Assembly (NCBI RefSeq): GCF_964204865.1
Contig: NC_135256.1
Span: forward strand, 11,532,001-11,596,000
DNA length: 64,000 nt
Source: Styela clava
Lineage: Eukaryota
Direction of reading: 5' to 3'
Every line of letters starts with the position of its first letter. Positions within the stretch are counted from its first letter, which is position 1. Under the pieces are notes generated by a model that did not search any database, had not been told where the DNA came from, and worked only from the letters and a program-made list of their open reading frames with translations. A program made the translations under genes and the position numbers. Of this stretch, positions 51,955 through 64,000 are shown one piece after another.

Positions 51955-52939
51955 GAAATTTATATTCGGCTCATGCATGATCAGGCTTGATTGTGGATAA
52001 ATTTCGTAAATTATACTCGGTTTATCTACGGCCGATGGTCGGCCACACATAAAAATAAATCGCGCCGTTTCTGCCCGGATCTAGCGCCGGCCTGCCCCAA
52101 AATATGGTTGCTCGCTAGGGTGACGCCATAACCTAGTGACGTCATACGAATGTTGCACACGCCCTTTTCTACATTCCGATGACTGCTAGTTTATCCCGAA
52201 CAACTACTGGAAACCTAACAAACCAATCCCAGACTCGGAGCAAGCATGGAAATATTTTCTCATCGGTTATATCTAATATCCATTAGTTAACAAAATGTCA
52301 AAATAACAAAAACTGTAAAGATTCTAGGCACAGGACGACGAAATTTGTGACAAAGTACAGGAACTTTACCAACTTTCAAGATACCGTATTCGAATAAATC
52401 TTGCGTTCATATCTATGATAGCAGCCCACGAGCTGATAGTTATTTGATGGCAGCCCTCACAGGTCCACATCACCAAGAAAGTCTGTCCCTAACCAATCAA
52501 TACCTATCATGACCCACGATCTGGGGTGGCTAAGAAAGCGCTGACCTTCTAAAACCCGGATACAAAACTGATTAAAATAAAATGGAAAATACGATTGGTA
52601 CAATTCTAAAACACTCTATATCAAGATAAAACTGCCATTCTACATCTGCTTCACGTGAGATTATTCATCTTTTACTTACGTCTAGTACGCACCTGAAATA
52701 TATACAAATAGTCTAACACGGTGTTGGAAGAAATATTCCACAAACCGCCATGATTTTAATTAAAATAATAACTTCTAGATTAAAATTGCTATCCCCAATT
52801 CCATATTCTGCAATTAAAATTACGAGTAAAACACCCATATGCTTGGTATTGAATTTAAAAAGCATCACTTGGGATTCGATGAAAGCGAAAATTCACAGCA
52901 TTCGAAATATCTGTGCAAATTGATTCTATAACCTTAAAG

Positions 52940-53191
52940 CACTGTTCGGCAACCTTTTGTCGCTCGTGGGCCAAAATTAAGGGTTGCAAGTCGTTGGCGA
53001 GCCGCACATATTTTTAGAAAGTTGAAAACCGAACGGATGATACTTTTTATAATAAAAATCAAGCAGTGATACATCTGTCGAATAGAATATAGATTTATTT
53101 CCTCATTGCATTGCACCTAAAAAAATTCTATTTGAATCCCATTTGCGGGCCGGATTATGTTATTCTGCGGGCCGTAGGTTGCCGACCCCTG
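52940..53191. mobile_element. hAT (Charlie-like) MITE
   Basis: cactgttcggcaacct / aggttgccgacccctg; flanks ccttaaag / ccctgaag; gcgggcc subterminal motifs. Confidence 0.7.
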
Positions 53192-53855
53192 CCCTGAAGG
53201 GATGTAATGAAGATAGCCATAGACAGGGATGTGCCAAACTTTTCCGCTGCCTAGGCGAGTTTCCGATAATGGTGCCCCTTATACCCAATTTGAAAAAGGA
53301 TTTGGGAATAAACAAATTATAGCTAGGCAAATATACTAAAATTCTAAACTGCAGCTAAAATTGGATATTAAAGATATTGATAAAGTAATTGGTTGAACAA
53401 TTTTTTTACTATATTTCACGCCTTTAGCAGAAATATATGGAATATTTACTTACTTTATTCAGATTTGTAATATGGAGACCGCCTTGATTCGCTGTTCCCG
53501 GTAGAATCTGAATGATAAGTTAAAGTTTAATGACGCAGATTTTTTCACAAGAATAACAGCTATTTACATATCTGTGGCTATTTGACGAAGTACGCTGTTA
53601 TGGGGGACGGACACACGGCTGTTTTCTTCCCAGTGAGTTATTGATGAAACATGATTCTTATTGTGAGTGACGACTTAGCGAACTGACTGAGTGATGGATG
53701 TTTTCAGTAATTTATATGCCTTGAGGACCCATTAAAATAAAAGCTTGCATACAGTCATGTTTAAATATGAAATTTAACTATCTTCTTAGTAATCAAGATT
53801 CGATTATTAAGTTACCAGGTATTCCCGGCTTTAGTATTGATTGCCAGTTTAGCAG

Positions 53856-53922
53856 GTGCTCCCGAAGTATGTGCACCAAGATGACGCACGGCCTGAACAT
53901 AGTATGTGTACCAGATTAGGGT
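53856..53922 (+). mobile_element. Truncated copy of the GG..CC palindromic MITE
   Basis: ggtgctcccgaagtatgtgcaccaagatgacgcacggcctgaacatagtatgtgtacca matches 14532-14590. Confidence 0.75.
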
Positions 53923-53964
53923 GATCAGTTGCGCGCTATCCTGGCCGCATGTTTGACACCCCTT

Positions 53965-54270
53965 AACAACATCTTCCTTCTTCGCAAAGCCCTGTAATTA
54001 GGTTAAAATTTTTAAAACTTTGGCTCTATAATCAAGTTGTGATAAAAACTTTAGATTTTCTAACATTTTTAGACCAACTAGCTACCTTTCCATTTACATC
54101 GACCAATCGTCACTCGACCACCAGCAGTAACAATATCTTCCTTCTTCGCAAAGCCCTGTAATTAGATTAAAAATTATAAGGCTTTTACTTTATAATCAAG
54201 TTATGATAAACTATTTTAGATCAGTTACCTTTATACCTACATCAATCAGTCGTCACTCCACCATCAATCA
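53965..54270. repeat. Direct tandem duplication (~164 bp)
   Basis: atcttccttcttcgcaaagccctgtaatta at 53971 and 54135, colinear to tcgtcactc. Confidence 0.85.
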
Positions 54271-55760
54271 TGCCAACATATATTAATATCGATAGATTTT
54301 TCTTCATTTTTGAGCCTGTAATTTGAAAATAATAGTTATGGCTTACTTTTTAGCGATGATACAATGTTCTTGTGCAAAGTAAAAAAATTATAAACAGCAC
54401 GTTGACGCGGATTACAACCCACAAAAAATATGATCAGAAAACAAGACTTGATCCATAAAGAAAAACGTTGCAAAGCACGTAAATAAATACACTCGAAAGG
54501 TATAAGAAAAGAAAAGAAACAAGAACTCAATGCTGAAATTTATATTCATCATATAACACTCAAAATTCTGAATATGACTGAAAAAATGCGCTACCCAATT
54601 GTATCGAAATAGATTATTATTTATACAATTCAAGTTCTAGCTTATATATGCATGAAGAATGGGAGTAATCAGTTAACTTAATTATAGCTAGACCTTCCCC
54701 GCCTTAAAACTGTGAATATATCTGGCTCAGACCAGCGCAGAAACGACCTCACACTACCACGCCCTGAACCAAAATGTGGTACGCGCGCCAAATATTTTTT
54801 TAAGGTTGAAAGAGAAAAAAGAGCAGTATCAAAGAGAAACATAAGGGGAGGGAGTTGTCATTTTTAATAAACAAACAAAGATACTGTAATCTTTATCTCA
54901 CTCTAATCAGTGACCAATGATTGTTGTTTATTAGTGAAAATAAAAAACGTAGATTTATTTGGGATGTGACTGAGAAGATTGTCTGATTAAACCACATTCC
55001 ATGGAAACTTTATCAAGACAACTATTTATTTGTTGTTAGTCTTTTTGTGTTTCGTTATAAGCCCAGTCTCGACTAAACATGTTCTGGGAGTCATAATAGG
55101 GCATTGGTGACGTTTACGGGGCTCCATTCCTTTGGGTAATTATCATCGGAATTGATGTTATGCGACGTCTGTTGACATGGTCTACACTCTACAGAACTTC
55201 GCTTCATGTTTGTAATTGAGTAAGTCCGTTAGAAATTTCAAATATGTATTCATTTATTGATTATCATTCATCTATTCCACATTCGTAAGGATAAAAACAA
55301 CCAGCATGCCAGACACCAAAAAACCATAGATGTAATCGAAGATGCTCATAAATGAAGATGATATACATTTTAACCGAGGCTTGTAAAAAGTCACACAAAT
55401 TTCAAGTTAAATTAAGTTCAAATCAAACATTATTAAAAACAATAGTTCTTTAAAAATGCTTACCCTGAAAATATATTTTTGCCTCAAATTATACCAGTGT
55501 TTATATTAGGGAAGTATATATTCATTCACCAAACATTTAAATCTGCATTGTAATGAATTATGTTAGTGTGAGACTTCGACGAGAAAAATTGTTCTCAATA
55601 TTATGATTTCAAACCATCCCAAATGTTTGCATACGGTGTATTAAATTACTTTCATCTGCAATATGTATCCAAGATCATGGACTGCGTATCTGAAACTTTT
55701 CAAAAGTACTATGCATATTGAGTGGTGACTTATTCTGAAGACTCAGGGTCGTATTGTCAC

Positions 55761-56193
55761 AAGAGATGTAGGCTACCGATACCACTTTTGTCACCGATAT
55801 CGATCCGATACCAGCTAAAACGCCGATATCGATACCAATACATCGGTATTCAAAAACGGCCGATATCCCTATACCGATATTCCGCTACTATGTAATTATT
55901 ACTTTAAGTGTGCAGGGCAGGGTTAAAACAATAGTTTTCGAACACTATTTAATAGTACACAATATTCCTGATCAAAAAAAAGAAATATCACATTTATATA
56001 TATTAAAAAATTGATGTTTGGGATCCAAAGCATTAATTGATTCAGATGCATTGTGCACTGGCTCAATTAGAAAACTAATAGAATTTGGCTACCGTTGGTG
56101 GTAAAATAAATAAATGTTTATCTTTCTTATGAAACTGATACATCGGGTTACGTGCGCAATAACATCGTATTTTATACATCGGAAAATCTACTA
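55761..56193. mobile_element. Decayed hAT-like element with CCGATA subterminal repeats
   Basis: agagatg start followed by many ccgata/atcgg motifs; weak right end catcggaaaatctacta. Confidence 0.4.
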
Positions 56194-58733
56194 ATATTCG
56201 ATTGATAAATTTCTTCATAATTACCATGTAACATTAAATATTTCAATATAAAAATTCGGCAGCAATTGACAGAAAAATAATCTCTCTCTCTCCTCTCTTT
56301 GTACGAAACAATATGCTATAGAAATGGCAGCCATATCACTATCGTGTCAGCGCAGATAGTATCATTCTTTCAGCAGTACGTTTATCAGCGCCATAAACTG
56401 AAATTGAAACCACATTTTCACTCAATCTCTGAAAACCCAACTAGAGACTCTATTCTAATCAATACTGGCCGATTTTTCGATGTTGTAAATAATTTAAAAT
56501 GGTAGAATATGATTTTTACGCCACCCTGAATGAACGTGTTCTGGAAAACTTTGATGTTGAGATTCGTCATTCGCGGAAAAGTGTTAACCGAAAGAACATA
56601 AAAACGAGGTATAAGTGAGCTGTCTATAAGGACCTATAGCATTCATTCTATATAGAACATAGCTTTGCAATTATTATCCAAAAGACCCTAAAACGCCAAA
56701 AATTACTCATCAAAATATTTCGGACTACATTTATATCCCCCGCCCCTCTAGGTATCCAACTGATAACCCACCCCTCAGTCGCGCCCATATGAAAATCTTC
56801 CCTCTCAACATATAATATATAGCCTTGGAAGTGTTATGGTCCATGGTGCTCTTGATTCGGAGAAGACGTTCAAAATCTTATTCAGATATGGTAATAGTGA
56901 CGTCAGGTACATATATAAATAAAAGAATCTAAAAAAGGTGTTCCTGCAGGAGTTCATTTTGGAAGTCCATGAGCTAGTCAAAAGCAAACAAGTCAAGAGC
57001 CTCGAACCAAAGGCAAACCCCCTCCTTCCTCCACTACACAGTACAGATGCCCACTTTCACAATTATCCCGTAAAACAAACAGACAACTTTTACTGCAAGT
57101 AAATACATGTATTGTAAATATACATACGACATAAATTGTCGACATCCAAACCTATATGTTATATAACAAGATGCAGACAGAGAGAATAAAGGATCATACG
57201 AACATGCAGACATTAGAGAAATCAAAATTCGCTTTATAACTTGAATGCTTGGAAATCAGCTGATGGATTGAAAATATTGTATCGCAGTCGTGCAGTAAAG
57301 GAGAATATTTTATTGGCTCGAGAATTTGTACAGGCAATACCAATTTTGTTATAGCATTGAACAATGCTCGACTCTTGTCGTAACTTATTCACTGATAAGT
57401 ATGTTTTTGACAAATCAATTGCATCATTGTATTAAAAACACATCTCATAGACTGTTTGGTGTCCAAAATATACAAGTAGTGCAAAAACAGTGATGACACA
57501 CATACAAAAAGGTTTTATTTTCTAATTTATGGCTATGGCCATGATGTTAAGGTACTTTTCAAAATTAATTGATTCGGTTTGCACTCCCAACATAAGAAGG
57601 GAATTTCTGGCAAGTAATTATAATATTCAACAGACCCAAAATTCGTAAGCTCATATTTTCTAGGAAAGTGTTTGGCAACAGTGTTTAATATCTTATCCCT
57701 CCATATTCGCAACAGTATAATATTTTTTTAGTAACAACCTATTGCTAAATTACTACCCAAAACCACATTTACTTATTTTTGATTCCTCTGATAGATACAA
57801 ACATTTCTAACTGTTGAGCATAACTTAAAAATAAATATAGGTGAATGTTCGATTCCTCTATAGATAATACAGGAGAAAAATAGTTAGAATGGGGAATTGG
57901 GTTATTATATTCCCATTCAAGGTCACATACCTAGATGATGAATTCACCCCTACAGCAACAATATTTAAATATATAAAATACAATATCAATAATTGGAAAT
58001 ATGTAAAGCTGAAAAATAGGATATCATGGCCGCTGATTTAGCACCTCAAAAAGTTTAACATGCTTTTTAAAGTACAACACAATGTCACATTTGATTCACA
58101 TCTGACGATGTTATATCCATAGTCTCCTTATATATATATATATCCAATCCTAATTTAATCTAGCTGCAATTATAGCAAGATTATACAAAGCCCCTATATA
58201 GTGACAACCACTCCGAGAACTTTCGTTATATGAGAAATTTCAACTGTTTCAGAGTATTTTTTTTTACCGTCATATGTCATGTTTACGTCCATATACCATG
58301 TTGATTTTTCTCAAAAACACTTTTTTGAGTTTCCATTCAGTTACAATACAATAAACGGTGTAATATTTTTTAGGAAACTTTAAATGGAGGTGAAATTCTG
58401 GAAATGCTAATATTACTAGTGACAATGGCAAACTCTCTTCCAGTTACATTTGAACCAATTAGATAAAAATTAAATTTTAAATTAAGTTTTTTTTGATAAA
58501 CATTGCAGGAACAAAATAGTTTGTACCGATCAGAAGCGTAAAGAAATTGAGTGGCTGATGGGGATACAGACCAATTCATGAGCTTGACTGCTTGCTAGTG
58601 AACGAATCTTTAACCAGCGTTAATTGAATAGACATGATATAGTTTGATTATTAATAGCTTCACAATATTCTGGCTGACCAAATGTTCCAGATGAGGCGAG
58701 GGGAAGAATACAACATAATATTGTTCAGTAATA

Positions 58734-58804
58734 TCAGCATGCGCACTCGCTGGTTGATGCAGGTGTTGTCTCTTGCTTGTTAGGATCCAAAATAACTTCG
58801 TCCA
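58734..58804 (-). CDS. RAB6: Ras-related protein Rab-6, last coding exon
   Basis: (M)DEVILDPNKQETTPASTSECAC*; C-terminal CxC geranylgeranylation motif; acceptor TTTCAG. Confidence 0.9.
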
Positions 58805-58928
58805 CTGAAAATTAGAAAGAGAATCATTGATATATACTATGACCATATACAGCAGATCGATTAAAAAAAATACAGTCTGTGTCAGTGGTTGAAATAAGGC
58901 GGGCATGAACAAATCTATCAAATAATTT

Positions 58929-59011
58929 GTACTCCTGAAGTATGAGCACCAGGATGTCGCATAACCTGAATCCTAACCTGGTACACAACCTGAATTCAGA
59001 TTGTGCGCACC
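58929..59011. mobile_element. Partial copy of the GG..CC palindromic MITE in a RAB6 intron
   Basis: ctcctgaagtatgagcaccaggatgtcgcataacctgaa matches the reverse complement of the 14.6-kb arm. Confidence 0.7.
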
Positions 59012-59269
59012 GTCCAAATATTTTTCTTTCTAATTAGTTTCACACCCCCTCAATAAATGTCCACGCCCCTCTTGTGGACGCGACCTACCGCCCGAGAATC
59101 ACTGGTCTATGTGGTTGATTGATTTATATACCCGATTACTGATATATATACTGATATACTGATGATATACCCATATACCCAATAACTGCTCCACACAGAC
59201 TATTAAAGTACTGTTGCAGAAATCGAAGCGGATAATTTGAGTGGTTTAAAAGACATGTATATTACTTAC

Positions 59270-59336
59270 TTGATGGCCTTTCTTTTTCTTGTGAATTTTC
59301 CATTCCTGGTAACGCTGCCGCAACTCTGCGGAATAG
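59270..59336 (-). CDS. RAB6: Rab-6 exon
   Basis: LFRRVAAALPGMENSQEKERPS; 67 bp; AG / GTAAGT flanks. Confidence 0.95.
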
Positions 59337-59397
59337 CTAGAAGCAAACAATGGTTTAAACATGAGGTCAACAAGATAAAAAACAAACATTTGAAAAT

Positions 59398-59724
59398 TAG
59401 GATAGGATAGGATTTACATATTTATCACGGGGAAGAGGAAAGCCGATAAGACGGCTTATCCATATGGCGAACCACGGCCTCTCGTCCGATTACCATTCCA
59501 AGTCGGGTATGGGATTAGTTATATATATTGTTTTTTTTTTCGGAAGTATGGACTTGGTGGTGGAGGAAGCCGTAACCGACCAGCGGTTACGTGAACCACC
59601 CAACGACGGCGAGGAGTCCAGCAATCATCTCGCACATAACCATCCCTGCATGGGATTCGAACCTGCGAACCACTGCAGAGTAATTTTTCCTAACGCTTAG
59701 CCCGTTGAGCCACACTGCTGCGGC
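59398..59724 (-). mobile_element. tRNA-derived SINE, copy 2 (RAB6 intron)
   Basis: A-box-like TGGCTCAACGGGCTAAGCG, B box GGTTCGAATCCC, (ATCCT)n tail; homologous to 43291-43575. Confidence 0.82.
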
Positions 59725-59768
59725 AAACTCAATAAAATCACAATGGCGTTAACCATCTCATTGGGCTA

Positions 59769-59912
<144 letters not shown>

Positions 59913-60714
59913 TTAGAAACAAGAAAATGAAATAAACATAAGCAATTAACAGGCAAAGAAGACAGTTGCGTTAATGTAATCCTTTTATGTGAATTTTATC
60001 ACAAAAAGACTGGGATAAATTAACGATTTTGCGAATATTCTTTTTGAACATAAGTACCTATTACATTGATAAATATATTGTAAAAAAATATATATATTTT
60101 GAAACAAAATATTAAAATATTTCATATCTTCTTATAGGCAGTAAATTGGACAGCAACTTGCAATACAGTACTTAATGGATTCGAGTCAATTGTTCAGATA
60201 CGTAAGACAAAGTATTAAAATCCAATTGATTAATAACAATAATGCATTATCAACCTGGTAACAGGGCAATTGTCATTGTTTTAACCCAACATCATAAACA
60301 TTTTAGCAAATTGGCCATTTATTTACAAAACAACAGGAATTCCCGAAAGTAATCAACAATAAATCAATATATCGATGTCACTTCCACGGAGGTAATATAC
60401 CAAATAATAAATGATTTAGTTGCTCAAGTAGATGGAATACATCAGAATGCTTTATAACATGTATCAATACAGGAATTTCAGAGTCAAAGCCAATGAACGT
60501 ATTTAATCCATTAGCGAAAATAAGACTTAAATGCATCAATTAATTTAGATATTTATGAATAAGAAAAAGCTTAAAGAGATTAAAAAGAAATCGACAAAAA
60601 CAAGATTGCATGCCAATTCAAAATCTAAGAACTAATTAAATGGTTGAAAACTTAGAAATTGCAAAATATGCATCCACTTATACTGAAGTTTCTCACTTAG
60701 CTGGTAGCGTAATG

Positions 60715-61003
60715 CAGTGGTTGCCGAACGGCGACCCGTGGGCCAATTACAGCCCGCGTAACAATTTATTATGGCCCACCGAACTTGAGTGAAATAGTTT
60801 AACACTTTGTGTTTTTCGTTTTCTGGATACCTTCAATTGTTACATCATTATCATAGTTTGAGCATGTATATATCCGTAACAGTTCAAATATTCCGGTATA
60901 CCGGTGATACCAGTATCTGCCCCTTGCATGAGCTTACGTCTCCTGGCCCGCGAATATTCTTTCGGTTCTAATTTTGGCCAGTAATTAACTTTAGGAATCA
61001 CTG
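60715..61003. mobile_element. hAT MITE in a RAB6 intron
   Basis: cagtggttgccgaa / ttaggaatcactg; TSD gcgtaatg / gtgtaatg. Confidence 0.75.
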
Positions 61004-61104
61004 GTGTAATGAGTGACACTAATATAACCAGATAATTGCTCGATCAATATATAAATGGCTACTTGCCCAGAGCCATGTTCAAGGTAAATATGTGAAGACA
61101 CCTA

Positions 61105-61269
<165 letters not shown>

Positions 61270-61926
61270 CTAATCTAACATTCTTTAAAAAAATATGCAA
61301 TAACAAAAATGTTCGATGTGAAAAAAGTGTATGATAGTCAAAAGCAATTATAGGCGTCTACAATTGGGAGGTGTGGAAATACAATGATATCATGAGTTAT
61401 ATTCAAACTTATTAATAAAATGAAAAAAGTAAAATATTGCAGTTACAATATTACAAATACTTTCTTCTCTCTAATAGGTATTTATTTTGTCTATTTCGAT
61501 GTATCCGATTAAGGAAAATGTGGCACATATAACATTGAAAACAAAATAATATCCCCAAATCTCCTTGACAATCATCTCAAGTGTTACTTACTAACAATAG
61601 ATATACTTCTAAAAATATTACGTCCATCAAGCAACTTCAATAAATACGATTTTCAGGTAATCTAAACTTCAAGATGAATATAAAAATTCTCAATAATTTG
61701 CATGAGCAGGCATCCAGAGGAAGCAGGTAAATAATTGATGATCAAGTACAAGGCACTTCCTCGCGAGTATCAGAGCACATGAAATAAATATGACCATGAA
61801 ATAAACTTTTACTGCTCAGGCACTCACGGTACATTAAGAATTAGGTTTAATATATACGACTATATAAAGTAATTCAGCTAAATTTTAAAACACCTAATGC
61901 CGAGATTGATGAAAATTATCAATAAG

Positions 61927-62010
61927 CTTTATTTAATTAATTAAGAATTATCATAATTATACATATATATATATATAATTATAATAATTAATAAAATTAA
62001 TTAAATAAAG
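61927..62010. repeat. AT-rich palindrome centred on (TA)n
   Basis: ctttatttaattaatt...ataattata (TA)n tataattat...aattaattaaataaag. Confidence 0.75.
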
Positions 62011-62515
62011 ATTTAAAATTTGCATGTGATCAAGCTAGTAATGAGACAAAATAATATCTGAACAGATTGAAGAATTCAGAGTGCTTATCATTCTGTAATG
62101 TAATGCTTATTCAGTGTGAATATGCATCACCTACATGGGCTGTATGTATAATAAAAGCCTGTCATAAAGAGGTAAAGGGAAGGGCCAGCGCTCATTGATT
62201 TTCCCCCAGTTGAAAAAAGGCAATAAAATTTTTTTTCTCCTAACTAGGCTAGGATCTATCAAAATCCTTTTGAAATATCAATTGTATGCTTTACATGGAA
62301 ATTTAAAAAAATCAAATGATAATAAATGTAGAAATTATTATAAAATAAAGTTGTAATGATGAAATAACCAAACCGTTTTTTTTTGATACATGTCACAGTA
62401 TCTCGGTACAAATCAAAAAGCCTAATGGTTCTAAACCTAAGAGTAACCAAAATCGGTTATACCGAATGTTGAGAGGACTACTTTCAAGAGCATAGAAGAA
62501 TCACCGTATACATCA

Positions 62516-62668
<153 letters not shown>

Positions 62669-63977
62669 CTAAATATTCAACGGTAGAAATAATATCAAAT
62701 ATGAGTCAGATGTATATTCTTAATAAACAAATTAAACACCACCAAAGATGAAAAGAAAACTTTCAATCTGGAAATTCGTCAGTTAAAAATCGGCATTATG
62801 TTTTGGAATTTTTGATGACCTTAAGCAGAGATTTTATGACTTAATTTTACTCATTGGAATGAAGAAATGGCTTTGGCTTAAAAGGTTTTGATATCTATGA
62901 AGAAAGCCCAGTATGGCCAGTAGAGTATTTCCAATACATTTGTCACAATCAATGATGAGCCAAAATGTTTACGGACAATTGCACTTCAATGGACAAAGTG
63001 GTAAAAACCTGCGGTTCCTAGTAAGATAAATTTTACTGCTCTGTAATTTTGCCCTTGCATGTGAATTAATTAAGTTATTTGAATCGGTATGGTGTTCACA
63101 AGCTGAAATTGATGAAAAATCTCACAAGATTCATCAAGTCATTCTGAGACTACCTGCGACCTGGCTCCCCTCCCTGGTTTAAGGCCAGAAGTGTGAACAG
63201 GATTTGCCGAAAGACATAAGCTAAATGTTTTCTGATTTGAACTAATTTGCTCAAATAATGCTTTTAAAGACCACTATTGCTTTTTAGAAATGAATCAACA
63301 CATTTGCAATAATTATTGTGCAATAATAATCGTTAGTTCATTGGGCCACACTGGTGAATAACAAACAGAATGTAGAATATTAAAATTAATAATTCTAGAA
63401 TAACAAAATAATCAAATACAGAATGTTGTAATGTCTGATAAAATGCCTCTGGGCATACAATAAGCGATAATAGAAATATGATTTCCAGGATAAAAAAATA
63501 TTTGGGGATCAGGAGATGTAATTCTGAGTTTTGTAAGACAAAAAACTTAAAAAATGCGAAAGCGATAAAAAATTCAAGTCCGTCGGATTCAATAGTGATG
63601 ACTCACTCGCTGGTGATTTTAGTAGCTAATCAATAAATGAGCCTACAAAGTTATAGATAAAAGAAGGCAGCATAAAAGTACCAATCAATAAATGGATTCT
63701 AGAATGTATCCTACCCCATTGGGGATATTCCCAATCAAATCAATATCATTGTTTGTTTTCATACTAAATAAGATAATTTAATATACTATACACTTCACTT
63801 TAATATACTTAGCTATAGCTAATATCATTTTTTACCTAGTTACAAAAATAAAGTAACCTGCAGTGTTTAAGAACTAAGAAGATTGATGGGTCCCGTAAAG
63901 TGCTTTATATGATCTAATATAGTGTTTTTTAAGAGGCTTGGGAATTTAGTCCAGTAAAACATGTATATGATCTAATA

Positions 63978-64000
63978 CAGTGTTTCTCAACGTATGGGGC
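63978..64000. mobile_element. Start of a hAT-type MITE truncated by the window edge
   Basis: cagtgtttctcaac terminus like other hAT MITEs in the window. Confidence 0.4.

Larger units (their letters stand above)
51020..52256. repeat. ~1.2-kb diverged palindrome centred at ~51665
   Basis: Blockwise reverse-complement matches, e.g. tagataaatcgagtataatt / aattatactcggtttatcta, tgactcttcgattt / aaatcgaagagtca, cgcctttaccaactaggccaa / ttggcctggttggtaaaggcg, tctaatatttat / ataaatattaga. Confidence 0.85.

Overview
This is AT-rich eukaryotic (animal) genomic DNA with GT-AG introns. The compact gene structure and repeat content suggest a marine invertebrate chordate such as an ascidian (inference only). 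Four spliced genes lie on the minus strand: (1) the first coding exon of an unidentified acidic protein at 1757-2549, continuing off the left edge; (2) a Fos-family bZIP transcription factor, exons 36633-36759, 27699-30034, 24880-24987, 15825-16032, 13035-13099, predicted 947 aa with a very long low-complexity N-terminus; (3) RPL35A, coding 44451-46581, plus a 5'-TOP non-coding exon; (4) the last five exons of RAB6, 58734-62668. Non-coding DNA carries many non-autonomous DNA transposons (hAT-type MITEs with 8-bp TSDs, a GG..CC palindromic MITE family, and a ~520-bp TIR element inserted into itself), two tRNA-derived SINE copies and several tandem repeats. The most unusual structure is a ~1.2-kb diverged palindrome at ~51.0-52.3 kb holding two back-to-back units, each with a TATA-like motif, A box, B box and T-run. 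These are candidate divergent Pol III ncRNA genes or an undescribed foldback element. No prokaryote-type system (CRISPR, operon) is present. All coordinates were derived by eye.
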